A stretch of 64,000 bases of DNA from assembly GCF_006345805.1 (NCBI RefSeq), contig NC_042997.1, positions 155,806,001-155,870,000 on the forward strand. The letters are read 5' to 3'. Both the position numbers and the translations under genes were made by a program. The notes under the pieces are model-generated. The model saw nothing but the letters and a program-made list of their open reading frames with translations, ran no database searches and was not told where the DNA came from. This DNA is from Octopus sinensis (lineage: Eukaryota). Positions 1 through 12,913 of the stretch are shown here, piece by piece; position 1 is the stretch's first letter, and each line of letters begins with the position of its first letter.

Positions 1-10
1 TATATATATA

Positions 11-502
11 AAGATACAAATGAACATCAATGGAATTTGTATCTTTGTGGTACCAGTGCTGGTGGCACGTGGCACACAATAAAACCATCCGAACGTGGCC
101 GTAGCCAGTACCGCATCGACTGGCCTCCGTGCTGTGGGCACGTAACAAGCACCATCTGATCGTGGCCGTTTGCCAGCCTCATCTGGCACCTGTGTCGGTG
201 GCACATAAAAACACCATCCGAGCGTGGCCGTCTGCCAGCCTCGTCTGGCACCTGTGTCGGTGGCACATAAAAAACACCATCCGAGCGTGGCCGTTTGCCA
301 GCCTCGTCTGGCACCTGTGTCGGTGGCACATAAAATCACCCACTACACTCTCGGAGTGGTTGGCGTTAGGAAGGGCATCCAGCTGTAGAAACACTGCCAG
401 ATCTGACTGGACTGGTGCAGCTTTCGGGCTCCCCAGACCCCAGTTGAACCGTCCAACCCATGCTAGCATGGAAAGCGGACGTTAAATGATGATGATGATG
501 AT
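11..502 (+). mobile_element. RTE-type LINE 3' end with internal minisatellite and (GAT)n tail
   Basis: Same 3' UTR as 4935-5585 in opposite orientation; ends catgctagcatggaaagcggacgttaaatgatgatgatgatgat. Confidence 0.78.
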
Positions 503-705
503 ATATTATATACACCTGTATACATATATATAAATATATATGTACAAATGCATGCCTACATACACAAACAAGATGCTTGTACAGAATTTTTAGTATATAT
601 CAAAGAGACATTATAGAAATATCCCCGCTTCCTCCTTCATTAAATTTTAACACTATTGCTGTCATTTTTTTAATGAAAACCTGGTAAATTGTTGAAAGTA
701 ACTTT

Positions 706-764
706 ATATATATATATATATATAAAGAGAGAGAGAGGGAGAGAGAAGAGAGAGAGAGAGAGAG
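706..764. repeat. Compound (TA)n(GA)n microsatellite, one of many: (TA)n at 1810-1852, 4890-4934, 37706-37746, 56496-56537, 60888-60925; (CT)n 34986-35024; (GA)n 48787-48835, 53600-53635; several (CA)n
   Basis: Direct reading of the sequence. Confidence 0.95.
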
Positions 765-1724
765 AAAAAGTGTATGTGGAGAAATTTAAATAGATATAGA
801 TAGACAAGATCAAAGAGTATTGCATGGTCAGTAAGGAAATAATCACCAAAGTATTTCCGAATAATCAGAATGTAAAACTGGAAAGTAACAAAACTGATAG
901 CTGCCACCATTTTAAAAATAGATGGTGTACATATCACCTGATATTTTAGGTGACTCAACCGTTCTATTTCACATGTTCATGGAAGCAATTTAATCAATGG
1001 ACACAGGCTGAAACACAACTACTAAGCAAAATGGAGACATTATGTTAATTATAGTAGTTATAACTATTAGTAACCATGCTGTAAACTGAATGCCTAATCT
1101 AATGTTAGCACTGGTTAGTCATAGCTTGAATCTCATGTTTAATTAGAAAAGATGTGGCTACTTTCTCAAAATTGTTGCTGTTCAACTAAACAGAAAACAA
1201 CATTGTTAAAGATAATTGGCTCACTTTTTCAAAATGAGTTTATAAATTTCGTCATAATTTATAAAGCTGGAATTGTCTTGCTGTTAAAAAGATTTCATGT
1301 GTGTTTTAGTGAAAACGTATTTCGTGGGATATTTGTATTATATAAAAGCCAATATGCATGAGATAACATGCAAATGAGTAGGTGTATGACCTTATATGGA
1401 CATGATTTATGCAGGTAAAACCATAGTTACAGTCACATAAATATATAGTAGTTTGTTGAGAGCTATTCGACTATTATCATAAAATTAAGTGACTGAAAAG
1501 TTATTCTGCTGACTATAACAAATGCAGATTATGCTTAGTAAAACTTGGATTACATGCTCAAATCAAGTGAAATGAACACTATATATAGATGTGTGTGTAT
1601 TATATATATATTATATATATATATATATATGAAATCCATAAGGAACAGAAAACAGCAACCATTTCAATAGACAGTTAAGTATTCAAATGGGCATTATTTT
1701 CTAATTCCTAAATAGAATTATAGA

Positions 1725-1805
1725 ATTATGGTTTTGAATATCAGTCCAGAGAATAAATAAATAAATATATATATATATATATTCTTTGGACTGATATTCA
1801 AAACC

Positions 1806-1810
<5 letters not shown>
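1725..1810. repeat. 31-bp inverted repeat (30/31 identical) around a 24-nt AT spacer
   Basis: attatggttttgaatatcagtccagagaata (1725-1755) versus tattctttggactgatattcaaaaccataat (1780-1810). Confidence 0.95.
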
Positions 1811-1860
<50 letters not shown>

Positions 1861-2881
1861 CCACCCACATATATATGTGTGTATGTATAAAAATGTGTTT
1901 ACAGTTTTAAGACATCAGCTGAGCAGTTAATTATGAAGTTTTTAAGATATCTTAACAAGAAAAATAGTTGGAATGTTACTGAAGATGCAAAATAAAGTGT
2001 AGTTTTATATGAAGGAACATTAAATAATTTCAAATGCTATTCACTATTTTTTCCTTAATTCTTAGAGATAATTCAAATCAAGCAGCAGAAACTATGAAGA
2101 ATTAAAATTTTCAAGACAATGTTGAAATATATAGGTAATAAAGTTTTCATTAATGTCTCTCTCTCTCTCTATTCTTCCCTCTACCCTCTCAACTTCAGTT
2201 TTACAATCCTATGAGGAAAATAATACAGAAAAAGTATCTTCTACCCATTTTAATATCTGTGACATATTTTTTAACCATTGAGTTTATATATTTCTTTTTT
2301 GTAAAGTTTAAAAAGAAATACCTTTAATTTCAAAAGATTTTAAAATTATGACAGTTGATTACACACATACATACATACATACATACATACACACACACAT
2401 GTATACACATATCCATTTTATGTACAACATAGTGTAAATCAGAACTGAAATAATATTTTTAAAATTTCAGTATACATGTATATGTGTGTGTGTGTGTGTG
2501 TGCATATATACATACAAACACACAACCATGCACACATGTATATTGCATATATGTAAAACAAATAAAAAAATCGGAAGTTGAGGTGAACGGCAGAATAAGA
2601 AGTAAAGGAACATGTTAGGTTAGTTATATGTTGTGAACTGAATGAAGTCAATGGTTAAGAATATTAGAGGAAGAAAGAAAAAAAAAACCCCTTTAATCTA
2701 GAAAGATTTCCCTCTTTTTATAATTTCCCATCCACTATTCACTGATATAATGTAGATTACTAAGGATAGACCTTTCGATGTTTCCCCTCCCTCACATATG
2801 TGCACAACCCAGAGAGACTTAGGTCACACCTGCAGGACTATGGATTCTCAAGAACAAGATTTCACCAGATTTTCATGGTAA

Positions 2882-2984
2882 CTATCGTTCTGGAGGCCGC
2901 TCTAGACTGTAAAGTTTTCGTTTCTCTCGACAATGTCGCTTGTGTACTGGCCAGTCATTTTGTTGGCAGTATGTGCCACAATAT
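2882..2984 (-). CDS. ZMYND19: ZMYND19 last coding exon (103 nt incl. TAG): (R)YCGTYCQQNDWPVHKRHCREKRKLYSLERPPER*; second half of MYND finger
   Basis: Strong polypyrimidine acceptor ctttctttttttctatttttcgtcttcag|A. MYND signature YC-x3-CQ-x2-DW-x2-HK-x2-C. C-terminal PER as in the human protein as recalled. Stop TAG at 2884-2882. Confidence 0.96.
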
Positions 2985-3029
2985 CTGAAGACGAAAAATA
3001 GAAAAAAAGAAAGCAATAATAACAATGAT

Positions 3030-3760
3030 TTCAAATTTTGGCACAAGGCCAGCAATTTTGGGGGAAAGATAAGTTGATTAAATCAATCCCAGTGCTCAAC
3101 TGGTAATTATTTATTTCTTTATTGCCCACAGGGGGCTAAACATAGAGGGAACAAACAAGGACAGACAAAGGGATTAAGTCGATAACATTGACCCCGAAAG
3201 GATGAAAAGCCAAGTTGACCTCGGCAGAATTTGAACTCAGAATGTAATGGCAGGTGAAATACCGCAAAGCATTTTGTCTAGCATGCTAACGATTCTGCCA
3301 GTTCGCTGCCCTGAAAACTGCTGCTTATTTTATTGACCCCAAAAGGATGAAAGGCAAAGTTGACCTCAGTAGAATTTGAACTCAGAACGTGAAGACAGAT
3401 GAAATACTGATATGCATTTCACCCGAGATGCTAACGATTCTGCCAGCTTGAGACTAATACTTTATTTCATCAATCCTCAAGGGATGAAAGGCAAAGTTAA
3501 TCTCAGTGGGATTTGAAATCAGAATGTAAAGAACCAGAACAAATGCCACAAAACATTTTATTGAAAGTTCTAACGATTATACCAGTTCACTGCATTTTCA
3601 CAATGTAAAAGTTTCTGATTTAGGCACAAGGCCAGCATTTGTGAAGGAAGTGGGATTGTTGGTGCCAATTGATCTGCATTTTTGACTGGTATTTTATTTT
3701 AATGATTTCAGAGGAATAAAAGGCAAAGTTAATCACAGAGAGATTTCAACTCAAAATGTA
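3030..3760 (-). mobile_element. Cluster of about four to five tandem degenerate tRNA-derived SINE-A copies
   Basis: Repeated ggatgaaaggcaaagttgacctc.gcagaatttgaactcagaa blocks; reverse strand has B-box-like GAGTTCAAATTC and head aaggcggcgagctggcaga. Confidence 0.8.
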
Positions 3761-4888
3761 AAAAAAGAAATCACTGCCATGATGATGATGATGGTGGTGA
3801 TAATGTTGACAACCAGTTCATTTTACACAACTAGTTAAGAATATTTATTGTGGATCAATATCAACACAGTGGAGGACGGATGCCAGTGTAAAGGTGAAGT
3901 TAATGTTACACAGCAACCTTTCATATTCAGTATGACAGTCTGGATGTATAGCAGGACAGAAAGGGACAGCTAGCCCTTTAGCATTCGGATTAGTCCCTAA
4001 AATGTAATGTTTGTTTATTCACATTAGTTTAAATTAATTATACATAACCTGATAGAATTGGTTACTTTTAGAATGACATTGTAGAGTAGGTGTGAAAGGC
4101 CTGATCTGGCTGGTTTGAACATAAGTCATTGATTTTAATTTAGATAAATCATTTGGAAATTAAGCAGAGATGTATCAGCTGAATGTATCTTCAACACCCA
4201 TTTATAGCCAGTGTTAAGTGCTTTTCCACAAAACATCATTACGGCAGTAATTGGGCACGAACCATCAACCCTTCATTTGATATTTTAATGCCCTATAAAC
4301 TCACTGAACAAGGACTATATATGAATGTGAATACATACACATATATACTCACATACACATCTACACTTATATGATGGCCGTCCACTCGTGACTGAGGAAG
4401 ACCATTGCCGACCTTCAGGAACATTGTGCGCTCTAGGACTAACTTATATTTTGCATTTGCGGCACCGTTGGTGGCTAATGAGCCCTGCTCTTGACAAGCA
4501 TGATACTATACACTTATATACATACATATCTACACACACATACACACAATCACCCTGAGAACTACATTAAGGGAAGGGTACATGTGTCTGTGGCACACTC
4601 ATTGTGCATTTATTTCACGAGCAAATTTTTCCACTGACTGGATCAACTGGAATGCTTGCTATCGTAACTGATAGAGTGTCAGTTATATAAAAATTATTTT
4701 GTGAATATAGTTTATTTTTACATCGGTGCAGGAATGGCTGTGTGGTAAGTTGCTTGCTTACCAACCACAAGGTTCCGGGTTCAGTCCCACTGCATGGCAC
4801 CTTGGGCAAGTGTCTTCTACTATAGCCTCAGGCCGACTAAAGCCTTGTGAGTGGATTTGGCAGATGGAAACTGAAAGAAGCCTGTCAA

Positions 4889-4934
<46 letters not shown>

Positions 4935-4935
<1 letters not shown>

Positions 4936-5585
4936 CATCGTTTAACGTCTGTTTTCCATGCTAGCATGGGTTGGACGGTTCGACCGGGGTCTGGGAAGAC
5001 GGGAGGCTGCACCAGGCTCCAGTCTGATCTGGCAGTGTTTCTACAGCTGGGTGCTTTTTACTTGCCTCCGGCAAGGAAGCCAGTCAAGGCGGCGCTGTCA
5101 TCGGCCATGTTTGGATGGTGCTTCTTATATGCCACTGGCTTGGGTATCACAACTACAATTTCCATTTGATTTTTATTTTGATGTTGATGTACTTGACTCA
5201 ATAGGTCTCCTCAAGCATAGCAGGTCACCCTAAGATCCAAGGTAAGCACAGCAGATCACCCTATGAGCCAAGGTAATTTTGAATGGGCTGGGGCTGGTTA
5301 TGCGAAACTGGTGTAGGATACAGCCGTGAACTCACTTTATTTGCCAGGTTTTTGCAGTCACAGCATATCTCCAGAGGTCTCGGTCTTTCGTCATTGCCTA
5401 TGTGAGGCCCAACGTTCGCAGGTTCTTCCTGGGTCTACCTCTACCCCGGATTCCTTCAACTGTTTGGGAGTGGCACTTCTTCACACATCTCTCCTCATCC
5501 ATCCATAGTACATGACCATACTAGCGCAAATGTCACTCTTGCATGCCGCATCCGATGCTTCTTACACTGGCATCCATCTCCCATC
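4935..5585 (-). mobile_element. 5'-truncated RTE-type LINE: ORF2 C-terminal remnant, 3' UTR and short (GAT)n tail
   Basis: Minus strand 5585-5340 reads as a decayed RTE ORF2 end (LxWYGH...MD...GRGRP-like region, DLWRY-like); then a 3' UTR shared with many shorter copies; tail abuts (TA)n at 4890-4934. Confidence 0.7.
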
Positions 5586-5879
5586 AAGATAATAATCCAC
5601 AGTATTCTCATATTGATGTATAAAATGAACTCCTCCTCCTTCTCATCATCATAAGAAGAAAGAAGAAAAAAGGAGGAAGGAAGGAAGAAGAGGGCAGCGA
5701 ATTGGTGGAATTGTTTGAGTATCAAACAAATATCTTATTTCTTCAGACTTTTTACATTTTGAGTTCAAATCCCTCAGTGGTTAACTTTTCCTTTCATTCT
5801 TCTGGATGTTAAAATAAAATTCCAAATACACAAATCAATGGTCTCAGCAAACACCCCTTCCTTCTTTAACTGCTACTTA

Positions 5880-7443
<1,564 letters not shown>

Positions 7444-10400
7444 TATAGAGTTACCAACATTAAAAACTGTTCATGATTTTCAGTTAATTTTGAAAATGAT
7501 TAACAATTTGGCAGAATTTATTAAATTTACTTTCATAATTAAATTGTTGTTTGGAGCATGATAAAAGACTCTTACATATTGTTTTTTTCAATCTTTTAGT
7601 CAATTAGAAAGGCAGTTCCCATGGCTTTTTACAGGGTCTTTGAGATTGGTGGGAGGGAGGGTGATATTCTTAAACTGGAGGCTTGGTCTAAATGCTTCCA
7701 ACAGAGTGGTCTCCACTAAACCCACCCAAGGTGGTTAGGTGGTGGTGTTGTTAAACCAGGTGATGGATTAAGTCTTAAGTCTATTGTGTACGTAAGCCAT
7801 GGCATGATTTGAACTTAGAACACAAAGAAAAGGAACAAATACCACCAAACATCTGGTCTGATACAACTACAATTCCACCAACCTGTTATCCTAGATTGAT
7901 ATAATTTTATTTCCCCTGACATGACAAAAGGTGAAGTTGAACTTGGAACTCAGTGGGCTGGAACAAACACCACAGGTATTACTAGCTGATATTCTAACAA
8001 CTCTGACAACCTGTCTATAAAATGATAATAGGCTTTCATTTAGGAATGACCATCTGATTTCCCTTGCTGACCACTCAGATTTTACTTAAATTAAAAAAAA
8101 AAAAGAAGTTTTCTTCTTTCAGATGTATTTTCTACAAGGTATTTCTATCTTTTCATTTATTTCAGTTATTGAACTGTGGCCATTCTGGGGCATCACTTTG
8201 AAGGGTTTTACTTTAATAAATCAACTGTAGTACTTATTTTTAAAGTCTCATACTTATTCTATTGGTCTCTTTTTTCTAAAGTTACAAGGATGTAAACAAA
8301 CCAACACCAGTTGCCAAGTAGTGGCTGCGAAACAAACATAAGAACAGATATACACACAAATAGATATAAATGATGGGCTTTCACACAGTTTCTGTCTACC
8401 GAATCCACTCACAAAGCATTGGTCAACCCAGGGTTATAGTAGAAAGCACTTGCTAAAGGTGCTGTGCAGTGAGACTGAACCCGAGACCATGTAGTTGCAA
8501 AACAAGCCACAATTATCTATTTACAGGGTTCATATTTAATAATTTCTCAGCATATTTTAGGATTGAAATAAAACAAGCTTATAAGATTAAATATGTATCA
8601 TCACTGCTTCAAAACTTGAACAACTTATATTGAAAAAAAATTACTTCTGGTAGTATAAGATTGGAACTGAATCATCAGCTTTTAGCTTGTAGCTGTATGA
8701 ATGTGCTACAAAAATCTTTTGTTAGCATCACTGGTGTGTAGTGCATGTAATTAACATCAATATCCAGAATCAAATCAAGAAGAAAGCGGCTTGGATCAAT
8801 ACGACAGCCTGAGAAACAGCCCAAGTCTATTGAACCAAACTGGTTTTTATTTTACTAAGTTATTTGATATTTTCATACACAAACCAACTTGGAACTTGCT
8901 TCTAATGAATCCTTTGCTACTAAATTAGGTCATTAGTATTTCAAAAAATGCTAGAAAAATTGATCCTCATTCAAAGATAACTTAGACTGTTTCAACAGAA
9001 GAAAGACATATGGATTCTCTTAAACTGAAATTCAAATTATCAGACTGATGATAAGAAATGATTATATACTAATGCTCAGCAATGAATTAACGATGAAATG
9101 CTTACACACACAGGAGCTGGCATGAAGGCGTATGTCCCACATTAGCCTAAACTGAATAAATTCAACAACAGACAGGATTTAGCTTATCTAAGAAACATTT
9201 AATTATAATAGATATTGTTTTTTTCTCTTCCTATGATTAAGTGTTCCTTGAATAAGAACTCTGTCTAAAAAAACTTCGGGAAAATATTTATTGCCAGTAG
9301 CTTCCAAGTGGCAAATTAGATTTTAATATTTTGCATACGTACACACTGCAACTTTGCTCTGCTTTCTCTCTCTCATACATACATGTACACACACACACAC
9401 ACACATACAAACAAGTAAACCTTCAAGCTGCAGTCTCTTAAAGTGTCAGTCATCAAAATATCAGAACTCTCATAAACATTGTAGAAATTCCTTCATAGAG
9501 AAACAGGAATGTTTGGAGAAAAACTTTACACTATACTGATAGTTTGATATAAATATTTAGATACCACGTAAGTTTTCCCATTGCTTGTGCTTTATTTGAT
9601 AGACTAGTAGATCTGCAATGCAACAACTCTTAGCATAAATCTTAATCTTGCACTCCAAGAAGGTCTGACCTAACTTACCATCAGTAATTCAGGTTTTCTT
9701 TTTATTATTTATTTTTAATCCCAAAATCATCTAATCTCCATCACATTTTATTAGCCAAGCTGTAAATCTGCATACATTGGCCAATGTCTTTGAATACAAA
9801 CTGCTTTATCAAATTACTAATAGCTTTTCTACTAAGTTGAGACCTAATGAGTAATGTTCAACTGATTCCTCTCCATTTGTTGCTGATTTTCAAGTATACA
9901 GTGCTCTGAGTTCAAATTTGCATTAATCTTGTTAAGATGATAAATAAACTACTAGTGCAAGGTGTTGGATTGGCAGAATTACTAGTGTTAGATATGGTGC
10001 CTTGTGGTATCTATTCTGACTGTCCTTCTTTAGTTCAAAATCCCACCATTAACCAACATTTTAGTGAAGTAACTTCTTTCCAAGCGGACTAACAAAAGCC
10101 AAAGTTTAAAAAAAGAAACAAGAAAAACACAGTTTGTGCCCTTATTGAGTAGAGACAATCTAAGAACACAAAAAGCTCAATAGATAAAGCTATACAACAT
10201 TGCAGATTACTTGAAATACCAAGGTTCTACATAACTGACTGCAACAAACAAATTCTTTCTCAGATTATGTCTTACACTTAAAAAAAATAAAATAAAAGGG
10301 GAGCATTGGTTAATGTAGACCTAAATATGCTACATATATATAAAAAAAGACAGGATGGCCGTAGTTCTCCTCAATCTAGGCTAAACAGCAATAACAACAC

Positions 10401-11659
10401 CAATCTGAAAGTGCATGGTCTTTTTTGCATAGAGACAAGCCTATTCTTGAACAATTCCCTAAATAACCCCCATATGAATTAAACTAACTCTAGTTTTACC
10501 AAAGTGAATTACTGCTGGACGCAATAGTGTATTTACTTCTAGTAATGATCCTGAGGTATTCATCCATACCTAGCTTTCTCACTGTTCACTACTAAAGTAC
10601 GGAACTGGAGTGTGTAAAGTGTCTCTATGCACTCGTTTGACTTTTTTGAAACTGCAAATTCTCATCAAATCAAAACTTACCATCTTAAAAAATTTTTTTT
10701 AAATGAGAGACTGTTTGTCTGATAGAATGAATTTCTAATGTAAATGTCTGCTTGTGTGAGTTTCTGTCTTAGATAAAGAAGTGTCTGTAACTTGGTAGAC
10801 TTTATTTAAAAAGCACTGAATTTTCATTGATGTTAGCATCCTTTGCCAAAAGATATAAGCATATGCACATACACACACCCACACGTGTATGTATAAATAT
10901 ATACACATCCTTTATATGAAGGGTTATATGGTGCACTTATTTATAAAATTGTCTCAGAAAAACAATTTGCCTCTTATAAAAACAAGGTCAGGGCTATTGG
11001 CAAGTTGTAGCTCAAGAATGAGCCTGCCAAAAATTAAAGTGTGTCTTATAAGCTTGTGCACTTTATAAAGCATCAAATGCGGTATGAACACATACATAGA
11101 CCTCATTATTTCATATTCATTTTTTCACGTGTGTGTGTGTGTATATGACATGCAATCACACAATTTTCATCAACCAAAAATTCACTCACAAGATATTGGT
11201 TAAGGCAAGATTAAAGTAGGGGACACTTTCCCAAAGTACCACACAGTGAGATTGAACACACAAGATGTAGTAGCTAACTAAGCTAAACTTGCACCCTTAT
11301 AATCACAGGTCTTCATAACCAAGGCTAACATGGTGGGGATAAACAACAACTCAATTAAATCCTAAAATTTGCTATAAATGCAAGTTCCATTACATAAGCC
11401 TTGTCATATTCAGTGTGGGGCTGAATCTTCCTGAGAACTATGTTAATGTTATGCATGTCTGTGGAGTACTCAGCCATTTGTGAGTTAATTTTATTCTCAT
11501 GTGGTAATGAAAAGTGAAATTGACAGCCAATATTTGCTGTGTCTATGTATGAACTGTCCCTTTCTCACTTTCTCTTTCACTTCCTTTTTGTACCTCTTCT
11601 CTCCTGCTTTTGATTTAACAATGTGTATTAATATCTATGTATCTACTTCTCTTGTGATG

Positions 11660-12120
11660 TGATAAACATTTAAAAACACAAAATAGATGCCGTAATCACT
11701 CACTGTCTTTTTCACTCTCTTTCTCTCTTACTTCCTCTCTGCAACACTTAAAAACACAAAACAAATGCTGTCAGCACTCACTGTTTCTTTTACTATCTCT
11801 CTTTCTCTCTTACTTCTCTTTTGCTTTGTCACTTCTTTGAAGTGTGACGCACACAACAGGTACGTACAAAAACAAAAAGTTAGCGTATTAATATTATTGA
11901 TAATAATAATAATAACAGCAAAAAAACCTTATGAATGAGAACCCAGATTCGAAATTTCCCCAAGACACCTGATGAAGGTTGGAGGGTATATCAGCCAAAA
12001 CGTTGTATTAACAACAAACAAGATGAGGACAAATATCCGTCGAATGTAAATAATGTAGATAATGTACATAATTCCTTATCCTTTAAATATAGAACTGAAC
12101 AACCTAAACTAAACAATAGT
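11660..12120 (+). mobile_element. Probable Penelope-like element terminal (pLTR-like) remnant
   Basis: Pyrimidine-rich ~77-bp tandem duplication at 11667-11825, (AAT)n, then a minimal hammerhead motif. Assignment rests on the known association of minimal hammerheads with Penelope-like elements. Confidence 0.45.
11964..12009 (+). ncRNA. Minimal type-I hammerhead ribozyme motif, probably inactivated
   Basis: GACAC-CTGATGA-A-GGTTG(loop)CAGCC-AAAA-C-GTT-GTATT: stems I and II can form, core CUGAUGA is intact, GAAA reads AAAA. Confidence 0.55.
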
Positions 12121-12564
12121 TGAATCAACTTCATGAGTTAAGATTCCGTAATAGAGCTTCTACATGCTGCTAGAAATAGCAGCAAAATCTCCCCTCAAAA
12201 CACACTACTGTCTTAAAATAAGAAAAGACATGTTGGATAATGTGATCTCGGACACTCCCAAAACAGTTGAATAGCCATGAGTGGATTGCCTTTGATAATA
12301 AATCTACTTAATCAGGGATCACCTGGTACCTCATTACTGTAAATGGCCAGCAAAGGCCATGAGTGCTGCTCCTGCCAATGATATACAACTGAGCTTTAGT
12401 TGTATGAGTCTTTCAAATCCTACATTATCATAGAAATATTATTAAGGCTTCATGTTGAAAATAACTCAATAAAAATTTACACCAAGTTTTATGTATTTCC
12501 ATATTAACAAAAATATACAGTGTAGGTAAAAGTCATTATTTATACACACATACACACACACAGA

Positions 12565-12745
12565 GTCATTCACTGAGACAGAACACTCAGTCAGGCAGAC
12601 AGACACTCATACAGTCAAGCAGACACTTACACAGTCAGGCAGGCAAAAAGACACTTAGAGTCAGACAGACAGACACTCAGGTAGATAGACAAACACTCAT
12701 ATTTTGTCTGGCAGATGCTCACTCACACACTGACTCATTCACTCA
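12565..12745. repeat. Degenerate minisatellite (cagtcaggcagacagacactca-like units)
   Basis: About six to seven imperfect 20-24-bp units visible directly. Confidence 0.75.
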
Positions 12746-12849
12746 CAGATGCATATTCTCACTCACTTTCACAGTAGACAGGATATAAACAAGATACAGT
12801 AAGGAAGAGAATAATTGTATTAACTTACAGTTCATATGGTGACCCTTAC

Positions 12850-12913
12850 CTTCATCTTCAACAATCTCACCATTAGAGTTATAATATTTGCTATAAATGG
12901 GTTCAGGAAAATG
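12850..12913 (-). CDS. ZMYND19: ZMYND19 coding exon (64 nt, phase 0 to 1): HFPEPIYSKYYNSNGEIVEDE(D)
   Basis: Lies inside ORF 12743..13033(-). Acceptor cttctacttgcag|CAT, donor GAAG|gtaagg. Resembles recalled human [21 protein letters not shown]. A second in-frame donor lies 21 nt further on (see findings). Confidence 0.93.

Noticed and set aside
27-485. Overlapping ORFs with repeated peptides (27..329, 129..485, 179..469) and regularly spaced repeats that could suggest a CRISPR array or repeat protein
   Set aside because: These are contiguous tandem units without unique spacers inside a LINE 3' UTR in a eukaryotic genome; the same peptides recur wherever the repeat recurs (4958, 18741, 54256, 56065).
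2692-2697. ATTAAA on the minus strand about 185 nt after the stop as a possible poly(A) signal
   Set aside because: The hexamer is common in such AT-rich DNA and cannot be supported without 3'-end data.
2800-2988. Plus-strand 62-aa ORF
   Set aside because: Antisense shadow of the real minus-strand ZMYND19 last exon.
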